In this document: positions 9,783-20,261 of the stretch, piece after piece
Position numbering within the stretch: position 1 is the first letter of the stretch
How the letters are laid out: the number at the start of each line of letters is the position of its first letter
From: Oligoflexales bacterium
GTDB taxonomy: Bacteria; Bdellovibrionota_B; Oligoflexia; Oligoflexales; Bog-1112
Direction of reading: 5' to 3'
DNA: 54,149 nucleotides
Assembly (NCBI GenBank): GCA_045106415.1
Contig: JBGCEP010000078.1
Location: 1 to 54,149, forward strand
Made by a program: the position numbers and the translations under genes
Notes under the pieces: model-generated
The model's input: the letters and a program-made list of their open reading frames with translations, nothing else
Told to the model about the DNA's origin: nothing
The model's database searches: none

Positions 9783-10336
9783 AAACAGAGCAAGCGGTGA
9801 AGAGTCTTTTGAAAATGCAGAAAAATTTAGAGAGCGCATTTAAACAGTGTCATGAGTTGTCTGCTGTGATGAAACAAGAGCACCGTGCGATTTCTGTTCA
9901 TAATCTTAATGAAGTGGAGGCTCTTGTTTCTCAAAAAGAGTCTTCTGCTGATGCTTTGCAAACAGTTGTTCAAGATCTTTTAGCGGATTTGCTTGCTTTA
10001 GGTGAAGATGCTTTGCCGGAAAGGTTTGAGCTTTCGTTAGGGTTGAAAATTTTTGAGCATATAGAAGCAGCTCTGTTTGATGATGATTTGCAGTCTAAGA
10101 CAGCGCGTTATCTTCTGCGAGAATGCCGTAAAGACTTAGAGCAGGTACTAGAAGTAGCAGATCGTTTGCGTTTTGATATACATCAAAATATGGTGGTTTT
10201 AGAGCGTATGATGGACCATCATCAAGAAAGTTACCGGTTTTGGCAAACAATCGCTGCAGAAGAAGGATCTCAATATGGAGATCGTGGTGAGAAGCAATCG
10301 AGTGGTCATTGTTCACAACTTGTTGTGAAAGTATAA
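9779..10336 (+). CDS. flgN: Flagellar export chaperone FlgN
   Basis: Helical protein with QEHRAI..LVSQKE and a C-terminal YGDRG motif, between flgM and flgK. Confidence 0.75.
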   Translation: MKTEQAVKSLLKMQKNLESAFKQCHELSAVMKQEHRAISVHNLNEVEALVSQKESSADALQTVVQDLLADLLALGEDALPERFELSLGLKIFEHIEAALFDDDLQSKTARYLLRECRKDLEQVLEVADRLRFDIHQNMVVLERMMDHHQESYRFWQTIAAEEGSQYGDRGEKQSSGHCSQLVVKV

Positions 10337-10339
10337 ATT

Positions 10340-11761
10340 ATGGGCGGTCTTTTCCATACATTGGGCCTTGGATCAGAGTCTTTATATGCAAATCGACAGG
10401 GTGTCGATACAGCGTCTCATAATATTGCAAATGCTCAAACAGAGGGTTATTCCCGGCAAAGGTTGATGCTTGAAACTCGAGAAGCGACCTGGCAACGAGG
10501 AAATTTAATTGGGAATGGTGTATTTGTTCGTGACGTAGAAAGATCTCATAACAAGTATATTGAGGCTCAACTGAATCGAGCTAAAAGCCAATTCGGAGCC
10601 AGTGAAGAACGTAATTCTATGTTAAAAAATGTTGAGTCTGTTTTTAGTCCTGAATTGAATGCGTCTGTGAGTGATGAGTTAACAGCTTTTTTTGGTGCTG
10701 TTCAGGTATTAACAACATATCCAGATGATTTAAATACAAGAACTCAGTTACAAGAGCTTGCTCAAAATGTCACGTCATCTTTTCGTAGAGTAAATAGTGA
10801 ATTGGTTGGGCTTCAAAAAAACATAGATGATAAAGTCATGCATATGACGACTGAAATGACGCAACTCACCAAACAAATTGCTTCTTATAATATTCAGATA
10901 AAGCAGCTTGAAGTCGGAGAGGCTACCCAGGCAAACGATCTTAGAGATCAAAGAGATATGGCTATTCGTTTGTTGAGTGAAAAAGTCGATATTCATTACT
11001 ATGAAGATCAAAATGGGATGGTTACGATTCGAGGTCCAAAAGAGATCACTATTGTTGACCGAGGCCATGCGTCAAAATTTTCAGTGACGAAAAGTGAAAA
11101 GCATCATCCTTGGGCAGATGTGGTGATTATTCCTCCAGAGGGGACAAGGAGTCAAGCTGTTGGAGATGCGATTGAAGGGGGAAAACTTTCCGGGTTAATG
11201 GAGGTTCGTGATCAAGTGCTGGAGAAACTTGTTGAGCAAAACGATAAGCTTGCTTATACATTTTCAAATAAATTTAATGAAATTCACCGACAAGGTTTTG
11301 GTGTTGGTGATTATCGAGAAACTCAAGGCCGGGACTTTTTTGAGGGTGTTGGTGATGTTAAAGGCGCGGCGCGTGAAATACGCTTGAGTGATATTGTTCA
11401 GACATCTACAGATGCGATTTCGATAGCAAGTACGTCGGCTTCTTCTGGAGATAATGTTGTTGGTAATATGTTGTTACGGCTCAAGGATTCTGCTGTTTTA
11501 GAGGGGGATGCAACGTTTCAGTCTTATTATGCGAATATGATTGGGACACTGGGTATTCAGGCTGCTCGAGCTGAACATATGCTGGAAGCTGATAAGGTTC
11601 TCCAGGGAGATTTGCAATCTAGGCGTGAAGCTGTGTCAGGAGTTTCTCTTGATGAAGAGGCTGCAAATATGATTCGTTGGCAGACGTCGTTTACGGCTTC
11701 TTCAAAGGTGATTACAACTGTGGATGAAATGCTTGAAACAGTATTGCGCCTGAAAAGATAA
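10340..11761 (+). CDS. flgK: Hook-associated protein FlgK
   Basis: SHNIANAQTEGYSRQR, NDLRDQRD, VSGVSLDEEAANM. Confidence 0.96.
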   Translation: MGGLFHTLGLGSESLYANRQGVDTASHNIANAQTEGYSRQRLMLETREATWQRGNLIGNGVFVRDVERSHNKYIEAQLNRAKSQFGASEERNSMLKNVESVFSPELNASVSDELTAFFGAVQVLTTYPDDLNTRTQLQELAQNVTSSFRRVNSELVGLQKNIDDKVMHMTTEMTQLTKQIASYNIQIKQLEVGEATQANDLRDQRDMAIRLLSEKVDIHYYEDQNGMVTIRGPKEITIVDRGHASKFSVTKSEKHHPWADVVIIPPEGTRSQAVGDAIEGGKLSGLMEVRDQVLEKLVEQNDKLAYTFSNKFNEIHRQGFGVGDYRETQGRDFFEGVGDVKGAAREIRLSDIVQTSTDAISIASTSASSGDNVVGNMLLRLKDSAVLEGDATFQSYYANMIGTLGIQAARAEHMLEADKVLQGDLQSRREAVSGVSLDEEAANMIRWQTSFTASSKVITTVDEMLETVLRLKR

Positions 11762-11770
11762 GGGTAAAAG

Positions 11771-12670
11771 ATGAGAGTGTCTGAAAGAATGCGGTATGAT
11801 ACAGCGATTTCTCGAGTGGAGAAGTCGAAAGATCGAAACTTAAAATCTTTAGATGTCCTTTCTTCTCAAAAAAGAATTAATAAACTTCGTGATGATGCAG
11901 TGGGTGCGTCTCAAGCTATTCAGGTGAAAGATGCGATTGCTGAGCTAGAGAGCTTTGAAAAAAATATCGATTTCTCAAACGGTTTTCTGCAGACGACAGA
12001 ATCAGCTCTTTCTCAGATGTCTGATCGCTTAATCCGAGCACAAGAGCTTGCTATTGCTATGTCTAACGATAGCTATGGTCCAGAAGCAAGGCAAGCAACC
12101 TCGAGAGAATTGAATGAAATTACACAAGAAGTTGTGAGGTTAGGTAATGCGTCGTTTGGTGGGCGTTATGTTTTTTCAGGATTTCGATCATCAACCCCTC
12201 CTATCTCAGACGATGGGTCTTACATGGGCGACGATGGTGTTATTTATCTTCAGGTTGAAAATGGCGTGTTTCAAAAGATAAATCTTCCCGGTCGACAAGT
12301 CTTTCAAGTCGATGAGGACGAACAATCTCAAGGTCATGGTAATATGCTAGATATGCTTCAAGTTCTTAAAGAAGGTATGGAGCAGAATGATAAGCATTCT
12401 ATGTATACTGGAATTGAGGAAATGAAGTTTCACTTGAACCGGCTTACAAGTTTGCAGGCAAGTGTTGGTGCTGTTTCAAACGCTCTTGAAAGCGCTCAGA
12501 GACGTGTGGAGTTTGATAAAGAGGCAAAAACATCACGCCTTTCTGATTTGGAAGATGCAGATGTTTATGAAGCGACCTCTGAATTCAAGCGTACAGAGAG
12601 TGTGCTGCAGAGTACGCTTCTGGCGGCAAACAAATTGTTGCAGCCGTCGTTGTTGAATTTTTTGCAATGA
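11771..12670 (+). CDS. flgL: Hook-associated protein FlgL
   Basis: SSQKRINKLRDD, GRYVFSG, SLLNFL; follows flgK. Confidence 0.94.
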   Translation: MRVSERMRYDTAISRVEKSKDRNLKSLDVLSSQKRINKLRDDAVGASQAIQVKDAIAELESFEKNIDFSNGFLQTTESALSQMSDRLIRAQELAIAMSNDSYGPEARQATSRELNEITQEVVRLGNASFGGRYVFSGFRSSTPPISDDGSYMGDDGVIYLQVENGVFQKINLPGRQVFQVDEDEQSQGHGNMLDMLQVLKEGMEQNDKHSMYTGIEEMKFHLNRLTSLQASVGAVSNALESAQRRVEFDKEAKTSRLSDLEDADVYEATSEFKRTESVLQSTLLAANKLLQPSLLNFLQ

Positions 12671-12692
12671 TGGTCACGAGTAGGGGGGTCAT

Positions 12693-12992
12693 GTGCTAGT
12701 CCTGACACGGAAAGTTGGGGAAGGAATCGCGATCGGTGATGACGTGAGAGTTGTTGTCATGCAAGTTAAGGGTAAGCAAGTGCGTTTGGGTATAAAGGCA
12801 GATGCAGGCACTTCGGTGCATCGTGAAGAGGTGTACCAACGTATACAAGATGAGAATTTGGTTGCCTCAAAATTAAACCAAGACCATTTGTCATCAGCTT
12901 GTCATATTTTTGAAAAAAGCGCTGTGAATGATGTTGCGTCCGGGGTTTTGAGGACTCGTAAGAAGCTTTCGCGGCACTCGAAAGCAAGTTAG
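12693..12992 (+). CDS. csrA: Carbon storage regulator CsrA (C-terminally extended type)
   Basis: [16 protein letters not shown]...VHREEVY..IQDEN. Confidence 0.95.
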   Translation: MLVLTRKVGEGIAIGDDVRVVVMQVKGKQVRLGIKADAGTSVHREEVYQRIQDENLVASKLNQDHLSSACHIFEKSAVNDVASGVLRTRKKLSRHSKAS

Positions 12993-13074
12993 TTGTGAGT
13001 TGGCCTTGCTGGAATCATCCACAGCAGGTTAGAATAGAATGAGAACTAGGGTGTATTAGAAATGGGGGGCCGTC

Positions 13075-13611
13075 TTGCTAAAAGTCAAGACCACTCGATT
13101 TGGTGAGATTGAAGTCGAAGAAGCGTCGATGCTTGAACTCCCCCATGGGTTGGTTGGGTTTCCAGAGCTCAAGCGCTACATATTGCTGGACCACGAACAA
13201 GACTCGCCTTTTAAATGGCTGCAGTCTCTGGATGATGGTGCTATTGCATTTGTTTTGATGAACCCTTTGTTGTTTAAGCCTGACTATTCTGTTGAGGTCA
13301 CGGACGCAGAGGTGTCTGATCTTGATCTTGAAGATGAGGCTGATGCAGTGGTTTCTGTGATTATCACAATGCCGAATAACCCGCAGAATATGACTGCGAA
13401 TTTAAAGGCTCCTGTGGTTTTCAACCTTAAGAATAGACATGGTAAGCAAATCATCTTAAATGATGCGCGATATACGACTCGTCACAGTGTTCTTGAGGAA
13501 ATGAAGAAGCACAATATTGAGACAGAGCAGGCTCAACAAACTGTTGAGCAAGCTCGAGACTCTCATGAAAGCGCAGCATCTTCTGACGAAGACGCATCAC
13601 AAAGTGGATGA
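13075..13611 (+). CDS. fliW: Flagellar assembly factor FliW
   Basis: TTRFGEI, GLVGF, WLQS, TANLKAPVVFN, GKQIIL. Confidence 0.95.
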   Translation: MLKVKTTRFGEIEVEEASMLELPHGLVGFPELKRYILLDHEQDSPFKWLQSLDDGAIAFVLMNPLLFKPDYSVEVTDAEVSDLDLEDEADAVVSVIITMPNNPQNMTANLKAPVVFNLKNRHGKQIILNDARYTTRHSVLEEMKKHNIETEQAQQTVEQARDSHESAASSDEDASQSG

Positions 13612-14514
13612 TGCAGAGTCAGTAGGGCGCCCTGTCGCAGGATGTGGGCGGTAGCCCAGTTCGCATTCCAATGAAGTGAGATACAAGCGCTCTATAAGCC
13701 AGTAGGTTGCCTCTTTGCGGCATGTGTGGAATTTTTGAGTTCCGACTTGGCGTACGGGTACTAAACCGCGAACTGTTGAGCAAACAAAAGCTTCATCAAA
13801 TCGAGGAAGCTCGTCGCTGGATATAATTGTTTCATGAGCGCCTATTCCAGCATTCTCAAGAAGAGACAGGATTCTTCTGCGGGTAATCCCCTCAAGAATG
13901 CCTGAGTGCAAAGAGGGGGTCGCTATTTCGATTTGGTCTCCGTGGCGACCTATAAAGAAAATGTTTGCCGTGCTTGCCTCTGTGACTTCCTGAGCTCCGT
14001 TCACCCAAAGGACATCTTCAAATTTCTGCTGTTTTGCTTTTCTTACGGCGACACGACTGGCGACATAGTTTCCTGTCTTAGCGCTAGGCTGGCGTTTCGT
14101 GATCTCTGAGCTTACTTTTTGAAGGGCGATTCCTGTGCTGTAGATCTCAGGGGAAGTCGACAGCGCTGCGGCTGCGTAAATCATTCTTTGTGGGCAAAGC
14201 TTCTCATTGGCGTGTAGCTGAAGACCGAGTCCGCTAGTAACGACGAGCCTTATGGATGCTTTCGGTGCTTGGAGCTGTGATGCGATGGCTTCAAGCTCAA
14301 AAGCAAACTCTTCGTCTCGCCAAGGTATGTCGATCCCAAATCGTTCTGCAGATGAACGTAGCCTTGTAAGATGTTGAGGGATGTCGAGAACTTTTGAGCC
14401 AAAGGCCACAAATGTCTCGAAGATGTTTTCTCCAAATAAGAAGCCTCTGTCTAAAGCTGATATTTGGGCGTCATCCGCTTTTGTGATGACTCCATTGACT
14501 GAAACAATCGCCAT
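13597..14514 (-). CDS. Class IV PLP-dependent aminotransferase (IlvE/PabC-like)
   Basis: DRGFLFGENIFET, HLTRL, AKTGNY (PLP lysine), EASTANIF, ILEGITR, DEAFVCST. Confidence 0.88.
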   Translation of the reverse strand: MAIVSVNGVITKADDAQISALDRGFLFGENIFETFVAFGSKVLDIPQHLTRLRSSAERFGIDIPWRDEEFAFELEAIASQLQAPKASIRLVVTSGLGLQLHANEKLCPQRMIYAAAALSTSPEIYSTGIALQKVSSEITKRQPSAKTGNYVASRVAVRKAKQQKFEDVLWVNGAQEVTEASTANIFFIGRHGDQIEIATPSLHSGILEGITRRRILSLLENAGIGAHETIISSDELPRFDEAFVCSTVRGLVPVRQVGTQKFHTCRKEATYWLIERLYLTSLECELGYRPHPATGRPTDSASSTL

Positions 14515-14596
14515 TGAAACCTCTTGTCCTTGTCACAGAACTGTTGTAAGTTCACGCGTCTTATTGTCGCGTACAGACATTAGTGGAGGTTCTGTC

Positions 14597-15940
14597 GTGG
14601 AGTCAATCGAATCGAAAAAAGTTCATTTGGTATCCTTAGGTTGTGCTCGGAATCGTGTGGATTCTGAAGTGATGTTAGGCACGTTATTCGGTGAGGGCTG
14701 GGCTCATGAAGCTGAGCCAGAGAACGCTGACGTAATGATTGTGAATACTTGTGGTTTTATTCAGGCTGCTAAGGAAGAAAGTGTTGATACAATTCTTTCT
14801 CTTGCGGAGCATAAGAAGCAGAATCCAGACGCTCGACTGGTGGTCGCAGGCTGTTTGACGCAGCGTTACAAAAGTCAGCTTGTTCAAGCGATGCCGGAAG
14901 TTGATCTATTTGTAGGAACGGACGAGTTTCCTCGTCTTGCTGAGCTTTTAGATAAAAAACGTGCAAATTCTGATGAGAAGCTCTTTGCGAGAAGAACAAA
15001 GTATCTCTACGAAGATAATGCTCCTCGTATTAATACTTTGATGAAAGGTAGTGCGTGGGTCAAGGTTGCTGAAGGTTGTCAGCATAATTGTTCATTTTGT
15101 ATTATTCCGGCGATTCGAGGTCCCTTGCGTTCTCGAAAAGTTGAAAGTGTTGTTGCTGAGGTTAAAAACCTTGTCGACGATGGTGTTGTGGAAATTAATT
15201 TAATTGCTCAAGATCTTGCGGCTTACGGCAGAGAGCAAGGTCAAGATCTTCTTGTTCCGCTGCTTCGTGAGCTTGTAACAGTAGAGGGTTTGAAGTGGAT
15301 TCGTCTTCTTTACGTCTACCCAGAGCATATTTCGGATGAATTTCTTGAAGTGTTTGCCAGTGAAGAGAAGATTGTAAAATATCTTGATATCCCTGTTCAG
15401 CATGCGTCAAATCGCTTGCTTGAAAAGATGAATCGTGGCGTCACGCAAGAGCAAATTCGAACATCTATTGAAAAAGTGCGCAAGGCTGCCCCTGATACAG
15501 CGATTAGGACAACTGTGATGGCTGGCTTTCCAGGTGAAACAGACGCAGATTTTGAGCAGTTGCAAGCTTTTGTCCAGGATATGAAGTTTGACCATTTGGG
15601 TTGCTTTGCTTATTCAAAAGAAGAGGGAACGGTCGCTGGCCGTATGCAAGATCAAGTGGACCCTGAAGTTGCTCAAGAAAGAGCTGAGAAAATCATGGAC
15701 ATCCAACGAGAGATTTCTTCTGATAAATTAAAGCGTTGGGTTGGCACTGATCAGCAGGTTCTGATGAAAGGCCCTTCCGAGCAGAGTGAGCTACTATGGG
15801 AAGGACGTATGAGTTTTCAAGCCCCAGAGGTTGATGGTGTTGTCTTTATTAACGACGGTCACCCTCAGCCAGGAACAATCCAGACGGTTCGAATTACCGA
15901 AACTCACGATTATGATCTTGTTGGTCACATTATTGACTAA
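14597..15940 (+). CDS. rimO: Ribosomal protein S12 methylthiotransferase RimO
   Basis: SLGCARNRVDSE, NTCGFIQAAKEES, radical SAM CQHNCSFC, APEVDG, TRAM domain; GTG 14597 after GGAGGT. Confidence 0.95.
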   Translation: MESIESKKVHLVSLGCARNRVDSEVMLGTLFGEGWAHEAEPENADVMIVNTCGFIQAAKEESVDTILSLAEHKKQNPDARLVVAGCLTQRYKSQLVQAMPEVDLFVGTDEFPRLAELLDKKRANSDEKLFARRTKYLYEDNAPRINTLMKGSAWVKVAEGCQHNCSFCIIPAIRGPLRSRKVESVVAEVKNLVDDGVVEINLIAQDLAAYGREQGQDLLVPLLRELVTVEGLKWIRLLYVYPEHISDEFLEVFASEEKIVKYLDIPVQHASNRLLEKMNRGVTQEQIRTSIEKVRKAAPDTAIRTTVMAGFPGETDADFEQLQAFVQDMKFDHLGCFAYSKEEGTVAGRMQDQVDPEVAQERAEKIMDIQREISSDKLKRWVGTDQQVLMKGPSEQSELLWEGRMSFQAPEVDGVVFINDGHPQPGTIQTVRITETHDYDLVGHIID

Positions 15941-15950
15941 TGTTAGCGGG

Positions 15951-16340
15951 TTAGTTGTGCTCCCAGGTGAAATTGGCCGCTAAAAGAGCACCCCCTTGTT
16001 GTGAGGGGGTCACTCCAAAGTTTGCGTAAACGTTGTGTGAAGATGTTGATGCAATGTTTACGTCAAACATCGGTGAAAAAACAACGTAAGATCCTAAGGC
16101 GCTGCCAACAATAAATCCTAGTGAAGCTCCCTGAGCGATATAGTCAAGGCTGTTGGTTGAATTGTTTGACCCAATGCTTAAACCCATGATAGCAGCTCCC
16201 ATTGCAGCTCCAAATGCAGTAGAGTAGCCGGCTGTAATAAACAAATCCTGGAAACGCTGCTCCATATTCTGGCTGTGAGCCGGACTCGCGAGAGCTCCAA
16301 GAAGCGTGATGACCACAAATATTTTTTGAATTTTTGCCAT
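15951..16340 (-). CDS. Small exported/membrane protein with glycine-zipper helices
   Basis: Signal peptide (AHS-Q) plus two Gly/Ala-rich hydrophobic segments; GAGG RBS upstream. Confidence 0.7.
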   Translation of the reverse strand: MAKIQKIFVVITLLGALASPAHSQNMEQRFQDLFITAGYSTAFGAAMGAAIMGLSIGSNNSTNSLDYIAQGASLGFIVGSALGSYVVFSPMFDVNIASTSSHNVYANFGVTPSQQGGALLAANFTWEHN

Positions 16341-16704
16341 GAGACCCTCATATAGTAATGTGTGATTTCTCTAGTTTAACAAGAGTTTGTTAGATTCGTG
16401 TCTTTACTGTGTAAGAATGGTCTGTTTTTTAAGATTTTTGAATAAAAAAGAGGTTTTTAAGAGGTCGTAGATGTCTTTTGCCTTGTATGGATTTCGTCTG
16501 AAATAGAATTTCACCTACTGGGTTGTAGTCTTTTTTGATACAAAGTCATTGATTTTTCCAGCTAGAAAGGATATGAGATGCTGGCGGCTGGAACTTCTAT
16601 CTCCTGTCCAAACTCAAGATGCTGTCAGTACAACGATATGATAGCGCCGCCCCTGTTTTTCCAAAGCAGGTGCACAGTCAACCCTAATGAAGTGAGTAAA
16701 GCTC

Positions 16705-18006
16705 ATGGCTCAGGATGCCAATCCAAAGACAGTTCAGGAAGAGAAGACTCCCCAAGTCATCGATCTGAACGAAATCAAGCTCCGTCGTATATCTGATTTG
16801 ACTCAATTCGCACGAGATTTTGGTGTTGTTGGTGCAAGTGGTATGCGTAAACAAGAACTTATTTTCTCACTGCTTCAAGCTCAGTCTGAGCGTGGTGGTG
16901 TGATTTATGGTTCAGGAGTTTTAGAAACTCTCCCAGATGGTTTTGGATTTTTGAGAGCTCCAGATTATAACTATCTTCCGGGACCGGATGATATGTATGT
17001 CTCACCATCTCAGATTCGTCGTTTTAATCTAAGAACCGGTGATACTGTTGCGGGGCAAATTCGACCGCCTAAAGAAAGCGAACGTTACTTTGCTTTGCTG
17101 AAGGTGGAAAAAGTAAATAATGAGCCAGCTGATCAGGATATGGACAAGATTATTTTTGATAATCTGACTCCTCTTTATCCAATGGAAAAATTCAATCTTG
17201 AATTCAATCCTAAGATTTATGCGACTCGTATTATTGATATGCTTGTTCCAATTGGAAAAGGTCAACGATCTGTGATTGTGGCTCCTCCAAGAACAGGTAA
17301 GACAGTCTTGATTCAGCAAATTGCTGCTGCGATTGAACGCAATCACCCTGAAGTTGTTTTGATCGTTCTTCTTATTGACGAACGCCCAGAAGAGGTGACG
17401 GATATGGAGCGTTCAGTTAAAGGTGAAGTGATTAGTTCGACTTTTGATGAGCCTGCTCAGCGTCACGTTCAGGTTGCTGAAATGGTTATTGAAAAAGCGA
17501 AGCGCCTTGTTGAACACAAGCGTGATGTGGTGATTCTTTTAGATTCCATCACAAGACTTGCAAGAGCTTATAACTCAGTGGTTCCTCCGTCTGGAAAGAT
17601 CCTTTCAGGTGGTGTGGACTCAAATGCTCTTCATAAACCAAAGAGATTTTTTGGCGCAGCTAGAAACGTTGAAGAAGGTGGTTCTTTAACCATTATCTCA
17701 ACAGCGCTAGTTGATACGGGCTCTCGAATGGACGAAGTGATCTTCGAAGAATTTAAGGGTACGGGTAATATGGAGCTTCACCTTGACCGTAAAATGGTTG
17801 AGAAACGAGTTTTTCCTGCGGTTGATTTGAACAAGTCGGGAACTCGTAAAGAAGAATTATTACTGCCGAAAGATATTTTGAACCGTATGTGGATTTTAAG
17901 AAAACTATTGCAGCCGCTGAGTCCTGTCGATGCAATGGATTTTTTGTTAAACAAATTTGAAAAAGCCAAAACAAACTCAGAGTTTGTTGATTCAATGAAT
18001 GGCTAA
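16705..18006 (+). CDS. rho: Transcription termination factor Rho
   Basis: [54 protein letters not shown]. Confidence 0.99.
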   Translation: MAQDANPKTVQEEKTPQVIDLNEIKLRRISDLTQFARDFGVVGASGMRKQELIFSLLQAQSERGGVIYGSGVLETLPDGFGFLRAPDYNYLPGPDDMYVSPSQIRRFNLRTGDTVAGQIRPPKESERYFALLKVEKVNNEPADQDMDKIIFDNLTPLYPMEKFNLEFNPKIYATRIIDMLVPIGKGQRSVIVAPPRTGKTVLIQQIAAAIERNHPEVVLIVLLIDERPEEVTDMERSVKGEVISSTFDEPAQRHVQVAEMVIEKAKRLVEHKRDVVILLDSITRLARAYNSVVPPSGKILSGGVDSNALHKPKRFFGAARNVEEGGSLTIISTALVDTGSRMDEVIFEEFKGTGNMELHLDRKMVEKRVFPAVDLNKSGTRKEELLLPKDILNRMWILRKLLQPLSPVDAMDFLLNKFEKAKTNSEFVDSMNG

Positions 18007-18023
18007 TTTTTAAGGAGTCAATT

Positions 18024-18224
18024 ATGAAAGCAGATATTCATCCAGAATTTAACCTCGCTGAAGTAAAGTGTGCTTGTGGTAATGAGTACAAGGTTCATTC
18101 TGTGAAAAAAGAAATCAGTATTGAAATTTGTAGCAACTGTCACCCGTTCTACACTGGAAAGCAAAAACTTATTGATACAGCTGGTCGTATCGAGAAGTTC
18201 CAACGTAAGTACGGACGCAAGTAA
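18024..18224 (+). CDS. rpmE: 50S ribosomal protein L31 (Zn-binding form)
   Basis: [30 protein letters not shown]. Confidence 0.97.
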   Translation: MKADIHPEFNLAEVKCACGNEYKVHSVKKEISIEICSNCHPFYTGKQKLIDTAGRIEKFQRKYGRK

Positions 18225-18240
18225 TTTCTTGTTGTACAAT

Positions 18241-18292
18241 ACTGTCGCTTGAGTGCCTTTTTTTAGGAGGCAGCTTGAGCGGCAGTTTTTTT
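18241..18292 (+). terminator. Probable intrinsic terminator/hairpin after rpmE
   Basis: ACTGTCGCTTGAGTGCCT pairs with AGGCAGCTTGAGCGGCAGT (G-U pairs, one bulge), followed by a T-run. Confidence 0.65.
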
Positions 18293-18318
18293 ATGCATTT
18301 TTTGATTTAAGGGAAAGC

Positions 18319-19383
18319 ATGTTTGATAAATTAGAAACAATTGAGCTTCGTTTTCAGGGTTTAGACGATGCGCTTTCCCAGCCGAATATGACCGGTGCGG
18401 AACTGACAAAATTGACAAAAGAGCGAGCTGAACTCGAACCTCTTGTGATTGCATATCGACGTTATCGGGATATGCAATCACAATTGATGGACTGTCAAGA
18501 GATGCTAGAGTCTGATGACGCTGAGATGAAAGACCTCGCAAAAGGTGAGGCTCTTGAGTTGGAGTCTGCGCTTAAGCAGCTTGAGTATGATGTCAAAATT
18601 ATGATGTTGCCTTCAGATCCTGCTGATAAAAGTGATGTTATCGTTGAGATCCGAGCGGGAACAGGCGGGGATGAGGCAGCTTTATTTGCAGGTGATCTTT
18701 TGCGTATGTATGGACGCTATGCAGAAAGACAGGGCTGGAAAGTTGAAGAGTTAAGTCGAAATGCTTTGGCGCTAGGCAACGGTGTGAAAGAAGTTGTCTT
18801 ATCCATTAAAGGTGCGCAGGTTTATAGTCGTTTGAAATTTGAAAGTGGTGCGCACCGTGTGCAGAGAGTTCCTCAAACGGAGTCTCAAGGTCGTATTCAC
18901 ACAAGTGCTTGTACGGTTGCTGTTCTTCCAGAGGTCGAAGATGTTGATATCGAAGTCAATCCAAGTGATTTGCGTATTGACACCTATCGATCGAGTGGTG
19001 CAGGAGGCCAGCACGTGAATACAACGGACTCCGCTGTGCGAGTGACGCACATTCCGACAGGGCTTGTTGCTGAATGCCAGGATGGCCGTTCACAGCATAA
19101 AAATAAAGAGAAAGCTTTGAAGGTTTTGCGTAGCCGACTGTATGAGCATGCTCGTATTGAAAGAGAAAGCGCTCTGCAGGCAGAGCGACGCAGTTTGGTG
19201 GGATCCGGAGATCGTAGCGAAAGGATTCGCACTTATAACTTTCCTCAAGGTAGAATGACAGACCATAGAATCCAACTCACTTTATATAAATTGGATGCTG
19301 TGATGGATGGTGACTTAGATGAAATTTTGGATGCGTTAGGTGCGCATCATACTGCTGAGTTGTTGAAGGAGACGCAAGTTTGA
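18319..19383 (+). CDS. prfA: Peptide chain release factor 1
   Basis: [24 protein letters not shown] (PxT), [21 protein letters not shown] 18319. Confidence 0.98.
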   Translation: MFDKLETIELRFQGLDDALSQPNMTGAELTKLTKERAELEPLVIAYRRYRDMQSQLMDCQEMLESDDAEMKDLAKGEALELESALKQLEYDVKIMMLPSDPADKSDVIVEIRAGTGGDEAALFAGDLLRMYGRYAERQGWKVEELSRNALALGNGVKEVVLSIKGAQVYSRLKFESGAHRVQRVPQTESQGRIHTSACTVAVLPEVEDVDIEVNPSDLRIDTYRSSGAGGQHVNTTDSAVRVTHIPTGLVAECQDGRSQHKNKEKALKVLRSRLYEHARIERESALQAERRSLVGSGDRSERIRTYNFPQGRMTDHRIQLTLYKLDAVMDGDLDEILDALGAHHTAELLKETQV

Positions 19384-20261
19384 CAACTTGGAATGTTCAG
19401 ACCGTTATGACGTGGTCTATGAACTATTTAAAAGAACGAGGTTTTGAAAATCCTCGTTTGGATGTTGAGACTCTTTTGTCGTACGCGCTTCAGGTGAATC
19501 GTATTCAGCTTTATATCGCTTATGATCGCCCTATGTCGATTGAAGAGCGAGACTGTTTTCGGTCTTTATTGAAAGAAAGAGGGCAAGGAGTTCCAGTTGC
19601 CTACCTCGTTGGGTTGAGAGAATTTATGGGATTAGATTTTAGAGTAAGTCCTGAGGTTCTTATCCCTCGTCCTGATACAGAAACCCTTGTTGAACTTTTA
19701 CTTGAACGCGTGGAAGACAAAGAGATTAAGGTTCTGGATATTGGTGTGGGAAGTGGTTGTGTAGGGCTTTCTCTTCTCCACCTAAAACAGAAGTGGCAAT
19801 TGACTGGGTGGGATGTCAGCGCAGCGGCACTGAAAATTGCTACTGAGAATGCAGAAAAACATCAAGTCAGTGACCGAGTTACGTACCTTAATATGAGTGC
19901 ACTTGAGCGAGCGAATTGGGCTGCAGGTTCTTGGGATGTGATTGTGAGCAATCCTCCTTATATTGCAAATGATGAATTTCAAGATCTTTGTGATGATGTC
20001 CGGCAATACGAACCACATGAAGCTTTGTTTGCTGACAATGATGGGCTGAGGTTTTATCAAATATATGCCGATTGTGCTTTTGATGCGCTGCGTGACAATG
20101 GAATCTTAGCTGTTGAAATTGGTTGGAAACAAGCTGAACGTGTGCAAACCTTGCTAAAGAAGCAGGGCTGGAGCAAGATTGAAGTGATTCCTGATTTAGC
20201 TGGAAGAGATAGAGTCATTTGTGCAACCAAAGGGTTAGGCTTTCATGCAGAAAAATCATGA
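19380..20261 (+). CDS. prmC: Release factor glutamine methyltransferase
   Basis: [21 protein letters not shown]; follows prfA. Confidence 0.96.
   Translation: MTTWNVQTVMTWSMNYLKERGFENPRLDVETLLSYALQVNRIQLYIAYDRPMSIEERDCFRSLLKERGQGVPVAYLVGLREFMGLDFRVSPEVLIPRPDTETLVELLLERVEDKEIKVLDIGVGSGCVGLSLLHLKQKWQLTGWDVSAAALKIATENAEKHQVSDRVTYLNMSALERANWAAGSWDVIVSNPPYIANDEFQDLCDDVRQYEPHEALFADNDGLRFYQIYADCAFDALRDNGILAVEIGWKQAERVQTLLKKQGWSKIEVIPDLAGRDRVICATKGLGFHAEKS

Noticed and set aside
14381..14596. 72-aa N-terminal extension of RimO
   Set aside because: Overlaps the divergent aminotransferase gene; a good RBS and GTG at 14597 give a normal-length RimO.
16578..16796. 72-aa ORF upstream of and overlapping rho
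   Set aside because: Out-of-frame overlap with rho and no recognisable protein features; treated as leader sequence.
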